From Candidatus Daviesbacteria bacterium (GTDB taxonomy: Bacteria > Patescibacteriota > Microgenomatia > Daviesbacterales > UBA10151), in assembly GCA_028715175.1 (NCBI GenBank), contig JAQUSJ010000001.1, positions 148,356-212,355 on the forward strand: 64,000 bases of DNA, in the 5' to 3' direction. Within the stretch, counting starts at the first letter, position 1. Each line of letters opens with the position of its first letter. The notes beneath the pieces are model-generated. The model made no database searches, had not been told where the DNA came from, and was given only the letters and a program-made list of their open reading frames with translations. Shown here piece after piece: positions 59,330 to 64,000 of this stretch. The translations under genes and the position numbers were made by a program.

Positions 59330-60889
59330 ATGCTTGCAAAAATAATCTCTGCTACGAATATTGGATTGGATGCAAATTTAGTCATTTGCGAAGTAGATAT
59401 TTCTCAACAAGGATTGCCTAGTTTTACGATAGTAGGACTTGGCGATAGGGCGGTAGAAGAGAGTAAAGAAAGGGTGCGAGCAGCATTTAGAAATTCTGGT
59501 GCAGATTTTCCTCTTCATAGAATTACTGTCAATTTAGCTCCGGCTGACATGCCAAAAGAAGGACCTGCTTATGATTTGCCTATTGCTTTAGGATTGCTTT
59601 TGGCATCAGGCCAAATAGCTAACACGGAAAAATTTGATTTTGCCAAAACTTTAATCGTAGGAGAACTGTCATTAGATGGAAATTTACGAAAAATCAACGG
59701 GGTGCTCCCTTTGGCAATACTAGCAAAAGAGCAAGGGATTAAACATATTGTTGTGCCGGAGAGGAATGGCCCGGAGGCAGCAATTATCGAAGATTTGAAA
59801 GTATTAGCCCCCAATTCGCTGCAACAGCTGATGAGGTTTTTACTGGGACAAGAAGATTTGAGGATCGTCCGAAAACCTGCTTTAAATCCGGAAGTAAATT
59901 TAACTTATGAATATGATTTTTTAGATATAAAAGGACAAGAGCAGGCAAAGAGGGCTTTGGAAATTGCTGCAGCAGGAGGACACAACGTTTTATTGAAAGG
60001 ACCTCCCGGAGCAGGAAAAACTATGCTGGCCCGCAGTTTTCCATCGATCTTGCCGCCGTTAACTTTTGATGAAGCAATAGAAGTAACAAAAATTTATTCT
60101 GTAGCAGGGCTTTTAAATACAAATAATTCGCTTATAACTATTCGGCCTTTTCGCTGTCCTCATCATAGCGCATCATATGTTGGATTGCTTGGAGGAGGCA
60201 ACATGATACGTCCAGGTGAAATCTCGCTTTCACACAGAGGTGTTTTGTTTCTGGATGAAGTGGCAGAATTTCCCCGTCAGAGTTTGGAAAGTTTACGGCA
60301 ACCTTTAGAAGATCATTGTATTACAATTTCCAGAGCATCAGGATCTATAAAACTTCCCGCACAATTTATTTTATTTGCTGCCCAAAATCCCTGTCCTTGC
60401 GGTTTTTTAGGTGATAAAAAAAGAGTTTGTGCATGTATGCCCGGGCAAATCGCTAAGTATAAACGTAGAATTTCCGGACCTTTCTTAGATAGAATTGATA
60501 TTTATCTGGAAGTACCTGCGGTTGAAGTTGAGAAATTATCATCGGATTTAAAGGTTGAAAGTTCCAGGGTAATTAGAAACAGGGTCGAAGCGGCAAGAAA
60601 GATTCAACAGGAAAGATTCCAACCAAAGGTTGGCCGTTCTCTGGACGGTAAAGTTAAGATTCTTACTAATTCGGAAATGAATAATAATGATATTAAAGCA
60701 TATTGTGTTTTAACCCGGGAAGGTTTGGAACTATTGAAAATGGCTATCTCTTCGCTTAATCTATCTGCCCGTGGTTATCATAGGGTTCTTAAACTCGGAA
60801 GGACAATTGCAGATTTGGCAGGGGTAGAAAATATTCAAGCTGAACACATAGCTGAAGCTTTGCAATACCGTTCAAGGGATGATCTTTAA
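59330..60889 (+). CDS. comM: YifB/ComM family Mg-chelatase-like AAA+ ATPase
   Basis: N-terminal Lon-like/ChlI domains, Walker A GPPGAGKT, C-terminal helical domain; 519 aa. Confidence 0.85.
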   Translation: MLAKIISATNIGLDANLVICEVDISQQGLPSFTIVGLGDRAVEESKERVRAAFRNSGADFPLHRITVNLAPADMPKEGPAYDLPIALGLLLASGQIANTEKFDFAKTLIVGELSLDGNLRKINGVLPLAILAKEQGIKHIVVPERNGPEAAIIEDLKVLAPNSLQQLMRFLLGQEDLRIVRKPALNPEVNLTYEYDFLDIKGQEQAKRALEIAAAGGHNVLLKGPPGAGKTMLARSFPSILPPLTFDEAIEVTKIYSVAGLLNTNNSLITIRPFRCPHHSASYVGLLGGGNMIRPGEISLSHRGVLFLDEVAEFPRQSLESLRQPLEDHCITISRASGSIKLPAQFILFAAQNPCPCGFLGDKKRVCACMPGQIAKYKRRISGPFLDRIDIYLEVPAVEVEKLSSDLKVESSRVIRNRVEAARKIQQERFQPKVGRSLDGKVKILTNSEMNNNDIKAYCVLTREGLELLKMAISSLNLSARGYHRVLKLGRTIADLAGVENIQAEHIAEALQYRSRDDL

Positions 60890-60894
60890 TCACA

Positions 60895-60967
60895 AAAAAT
60901 CCCACTTGTCCAGTTACACCGGATTTTGCGGGATTTTTCGAAATGGTGAACGTTCACCGATTTTTTA
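60895..60967. terminator. Convergent-gene terminator region: two hairpins (aaaatccc...gggatttt and ggtgaacgttcacc plus T tract)
   Basis: Lies between comM (+) and the small zinc-ribbon gene (-). T/A tracts flank the hairpins on both strands. Confidence 0.45.
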
Positions 60968-61102
60968 GCCGCCGATTCGAAACATTGAGGTACCACAGAC
61001 CGGGCAAGTACCTTTCGAGGCCTTTTTACCATTTTTCATGGTTACTTCTTGTACATTTTCTGCGTCCCTTTTTGTTCGGCATTTGACACAATACATTTGC
61101 AT
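60965..61102 (-). CDS. 45-aa zinc-ribbon protein (CxxC...CxxC), DUF5679-like; not in the supplied ORF track
   Basis: Translation MQMYCVKCRTKRDAENVQEVTMKNGKKASKGTCPVCGTSMFRIGG; purine-rich RBS ggggggtga 9 nt upstream. Confidence 0.55.
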   Translation of the reverse strand: MQMYCVKCRTKRDAENVQEVTMKNGKKASKGTCPVCGTSMFRIGG

Positions 61103-61121
61103 GAGTTTAGTTCACCCCCCT

Positions 61122-61436
61122 TCAAAAAAAATTTAAAGTAAGAACATTATTTTTTACAAGCAAAAATAAAATAACCTCTGCGCCTATTGTGCAGGATGCG
61201 AATAGTAGAATTTTGAGTAAATCCTGGTGCAGATAGGTAAGGTCGGTAGATGAGTTGGTAGTTGGTCCGCCAACTGGCGGATGGTAGTTGGTAGTATGGG
61301 TAGTTTTTTGTATTTCTTCTTCCCTTACTACATAATGCTTGCTACTTGCTACCAATTCACGACCATAAACTTGTCTGCGAAGTAATTGTAAGCGTTTTTC
61401 AAGATCTGATTGTTTCTTGCTTTGTTGAATAGTCAT
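61122..61436 (-). CDS. Doubtful ORF: possible small protein with N-terminal coiled coil and C-terminal hydrophobic segment
   Basis: The ORF exists, but its middle part is encoded by a GC-rich palindromic/direct-repeat region and there is no SD. Confidence 0.2.
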   Translation of the reverse strand: MTIQQSKKQSDLEKRLQLLRRQVYGRELVASSKHYVVREEEIQKTTHTTNYHPPVGGPTTNSSTDLTYLHQDLLKILLFASCTIGAEVILFLLVKNNVLTLNFF

Positions 61437-61564
61437 GACTTTGAATTCTTACGCGTGAATTGAGCCTAGCACGATACGATGAGCCTGTCAAGCACCAACT
61501 GAATCTAAAACTACAGGTCATTTTTATATTTATACAGAATGTGACTTAAAAGTAACTTTGTTAA

Positions 61565-61594
61565 TTGACAAAATTTGTTAAGGTAAGGTATATT
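61565..61594 (+). promoter_or_regulatory. Sigma70-like promoter (TTGACA-18-TATATT) for the 61608 gene
   Basis: TTGACA at 61565-61570, TATATT at 61589-61594; very short leader. Confidence 0.4.
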
Positions 61595-61607
61595 TAAAGA
61601 GTAACTT

Positions 61608-62075
61608 ATGTATTCGGATTGGGTTGTTCCCGCAGCTGCGGGCGTTTTGTTGTTTTGGCTTGGAACTTTAAGTTTTTTAATCTGGAGACAGAATAAGTTT
61701 ATAACATCACTTTTTCCAAAATCAGGAGAAAGGGATATCAGGAAAAAATTTGAAGAGATCGTAAAAACGGTTGAGGGGTTTAAGAATGAATTATCTGATT
61801 TGGATGATAGGATTGAAGCAATAAGGCTTAAGGGGTTGCAACACGTACAAAGAGTGGAACTTTTACGCTTCAACCCTTATGACGAAACAGGAGGGAATAT
61901 AAGTTTTACGGCTTGTTTTTTGGATGATAAAGGATCGGGGATTGTGATAACAAGTTTACATGCGAGAAACGGAACCAGAGTATTTGGTAAAGAGATAGCT
62001 TCAGGAAAAAGCCTTAAATATGAGTTATCAAAAGAAGAAGAAGCGGTGATTAAAAAAGCAATGGAGAAGCAATGA
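61608..62075 (+). CDS. Hypothetical membrane-anchored protein
   Basis: TM helix VVPAAAGVLLFWLGTLSFLIW followed by a charged coiled region and a small globular domain. Confidence 0.5.
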   Translation: MYSDWVVPAAAGVLLFWLGTLSFLIWRQNKFITSLFPKSGERDIRKKFEEIVKTVEGFKNELSDLDDRIEAIRLKGLQHVQRVELLRFNPYDETGGNISFTACFLDDKGSGIVITSLHARNGTRVFGKEIASGKSLKYELSKEEEAVIKKAMEKQ

Positions 62076-63256
62076 AAAATATTCTAAACATATTCAATAG
62101 TTTAACAAATTTACAAAAAATTTTAAGTTTGATTATTTTGGGAGTTATAATATACGGCGGTTCGGCAAGCATTTCTTATTCTTTGTTTAGAGCAATTTCC
62201 CGTCCGGTTGTTCCCGGCAAACAGGCTGCAGCTCCTACACTTCCTTCTCCCGCATCTGCCTTTATTGAAGATCCGAATGAGCCTAAAACCGAAAGTTGTC
62301 CGCTAAACGGTAGGAAACACACCAAAAAAGCCAAAGATTTCTGGGACAAAAGGCGGCCTCTTGCCGTGATGGTTGAAAATCATACAGAAGCAAGACCTCA
62401 ATCAGGGCTATCTTCTGCTGATGTGGTGTATGAGGCAGTTGCCGAAGGCGGAATCACCAGGTTTATGGCGTTATATTATTGCAATCTCTCGGATATTCAA
62501 GTCGGACCTGTCAGGTCGGCAAGGACTTATTACCTGGATTGGTTAAGTGAATATGACGCGCTATATGCGCATGTCGGAGGAGCTAATACTCCTGGTCCGG
62601 CTGATGCGCTCGGGCAGATTATTAAGTTTGGAACTAAAGATTTAAACCAATTTAGTATAGGGTTCCCTGTTTTTTGGAGAGATTATCAAAGACTGGGTCA
62701 TTCGGTTGCGACAGAACACACAATGTATTCTACAACGGCTAAGCTTTGGGAAGTAGGCGCAAAAAGAGGCTGGACCGCTACCGATTCGGCAGGAGTGAGA
62801 TGGGACAAGAATTTTGTTCCCTGGAAATTTAAGGATGACAAAGGCGGAGGTGGAGCGACAAATATAAAGGTTAATTTTTGGGAATCCCAGCCAGGATATG
62901 ATGTTAACTGGATTTATGATGCAGCCACCAATTCTTACAAGAGGAAGAATGGCGGGTCTGATCATATGGATTTGGACAATAATATGCAGCTCTCTGCAAA
63001 AAATATCGTTGTCCAGTTTGAGAGAGAATCAAACGCTAATGATGGCTATCCCGGGAATGTTCATCTGCTGTATGGAACTGTTGGCAGCGGTAAAGCATTA
63101 GTCTTTCAGGATGGAAATGCAATAGAAGGTAAATGGATTAAAGCAAATCGTCTGGCCAGAACGAAATATATTGATCAAAGCGGTAAAGAGATACAATTTA
63201 ATGGAGGTCAAATTTGGATTCAAACTGTCCCGGAGGGATCAAAGGTAAGTTACTAA
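62072..63256 (+). CDS. DUF3048 (YerB-like) domain protein, membrane-anchored
   Basis: N-terminal TM helix; RPLAVMVENHTEARPQSGLSSADVVYEAVAEGGITRF matches the DUF3048 core. Confidence 0.6.
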   Translation: MKNILNIFNSLTNLQKILSLIILGVIIYGGSASISYSLFRAISRPVVPGKQAAAPTLPSPASAFIEDPNEPKTESCPLNGRKHTKKAKDFWDKRRPLAVMVENHTEARPQSGLSSADVVYEAVAEGGITRFMALYYCNLSDIQVGPVRSARTYYLDWLSEYDALYAHVGGANTPGPADALGQIIKFGTKDLNQFSIGFPVFWRDYQRLGHSVATEHTMYSTTAKLWEVGAKRGWTATDSAGVRWDKNFVPWKFKDDKGGGGATNIKVNFWESQPGYDVNWIYDAATNSYKRKNGGSDHMDLDNNMQLSAKNIVVQFERESNANDGYPGNVHLLYGTVGSGKALVFQDGNAIEGKWIKANRLARTKYIDQSGKEIQFNGGQIWIQTVPEGSKVSY

Positions 63257-63301
63257 CCAATCCGCCAGCCGGCGGACTTTCTGCCCGGAAAGGAGGTTAA
63301 A

Positions 63302-63892
63302 ATGCTTGAGGAGTTATTTGTCTCAAGAGTCCGGGTAAAAATACTGCAACTTTTTTTATCTTCGTCTCAAGATTCGCTTTTTCATGTTCGTGAAATAGTC
63401 CGAAGAGTTTCAGAGGAAATTAACGCTGTCCGCAGGGAGCTTGCCAGGATGGAAAAATATGATATGGTTTCATCGGAATGGCGGGCAAACAGAAGGCTAT
63501 ATCGATTTAGAAGGGATTTTATCTATTATAAAGAACTTTTAGCATTGGTTGCTAAGACAACAGGGTTAGGTGGAAATTTGATAAAAAACAAACACAGTCT
63601 TGGAAAGATAAAATTCGCTTTCATATCAACAAAATTTTTGAAAGGTAATTTGGCTGCGACAGAAGACGTTAATGTTTTAATTGTTGGAAACGTTGTGTTG
63701 CCGGAACTGCAAGCTATTATCGCTGACGAACAAGCAAAAAGAGAAACAGAAATAAACTATTCCTTTATGGATGAAGCAGAATTTAGGTTTAGAGTAAAAA
63801 GACGGGATCCGTTTATTTTAAGAGTACTGGTTCAACCTAAAGTTATGTTGATCGGGGACGAGGATGAGTTATTGGAAGGGATTATTATTTGA
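63302..63892 (+). CDS. Winged-helix (ArsR/MarR-like) domain protein with a C-terminal uncharacterised domain
   Basis: N-terminal wHTH-like segment RVKILQLFLSS...HVREIVRRV; no firm family assignment. Confidence 0.4.
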   Translation: MLEELFVSRVRVKILQLFLSSSQDSLFHVREIVRRVSEEINAVRRELARMEKYDMVSSEWRANRRLYRFRRDFIYYKELLALVAKTTGLGGNLIKNKHSLGKIKFAFISTKFLKGNLAATEDVNVLIVGNVVLPELQAIIADEQAKRETEINYSFMDEAEFRFRVKRRDPFILRVLVQPKVMLIGDEDELLEGIII

Positions 63893-63894
63893 GC

Positions 63895-64000
63895 ATGAGG
63901 TCAAGATATTTGCTTTGGATTATTGTCATTCTCCTTTTCTTTGCTGTTTTGATAGATCTTCCGGTTTCACCGACGATTAAAATACTAAATAAAAATTTGA
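63895..64000 (+). CDS. 5' end of a membrane protein gene (signal/TM start MRSRYLLWIIVILLFFAVLIDLP); truncated by the window edge
   Basis: ATG at 63895 followed by a hydrophobic helix; the gene continues beyond the window. Confidence 0.4.
   Translation, partial: MRSRYLLWIIVILLFFAVLIDLPVSPTIKILNKNL

Noticed and set aside
61511-61873. Minus-strand 120-aa ORF overlapping the 61608-62075 gene
   Set aside because: It is antisense to a better-supported plus-strand gene that has a promoter; its own start lies inside that gene.

Overview
The window is a low-GC, tightly packed bacterial housekeeping region. Gene content and architecture are consistent with a reduced-genome Candidate Phyla Radiation/Patescibacteria-like organism (inference from short AlaRS, absent L30, extended ribosomal proteins and compact operons). 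It holds rpoB-rpoC, the str operon (rpsL-rpsG-fusA, then tuf), an almost complete S10-spc-alpha ribosomal-protein superoperon, secY-adk-map-infA-rpmJ, rpoA, recA-recX-rny, RNase J, ftsK, alaS, metK, a tRNA-Pro, an RNase P RNA candidate, a HicAB toxin-antitoxin pair, a sortase with an actin-fold membrane protein, and a block of three GT-C membrane glycosyltransferases. No CRISPR array, rRNA or classical transposon is visible. Five things look most worth a second look. (1) A family of ~55-70-nt dual-hairpin repeat elements with GTCAT...ATGAC termini lies immediately upstream of rpsJ, rplB and recX, and related hairpin modules are inserted in-frame inside alaS and recX. (2) A GreA N-terminal-domain-only mini protein sits between rpsG and fusA. 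(3) A standalone Lon-type AAA+ module without peptidase domain is translationally coupled to RNase J. (4) A membrane-protein gene plus an attenuator-like leader is inserted between rpsJ and rplC. (5) The metK leader looks like a SAM-I riboswitch whose P2/P3 arm is replaced by a dispersed repeat hairpin. Other oddities are a shared duplicated C-terminal tail on L29 and S17, a Cys4 L24, a GC-rich palindromic tail on S12, and a heptanucleotide repeat inside miaA.
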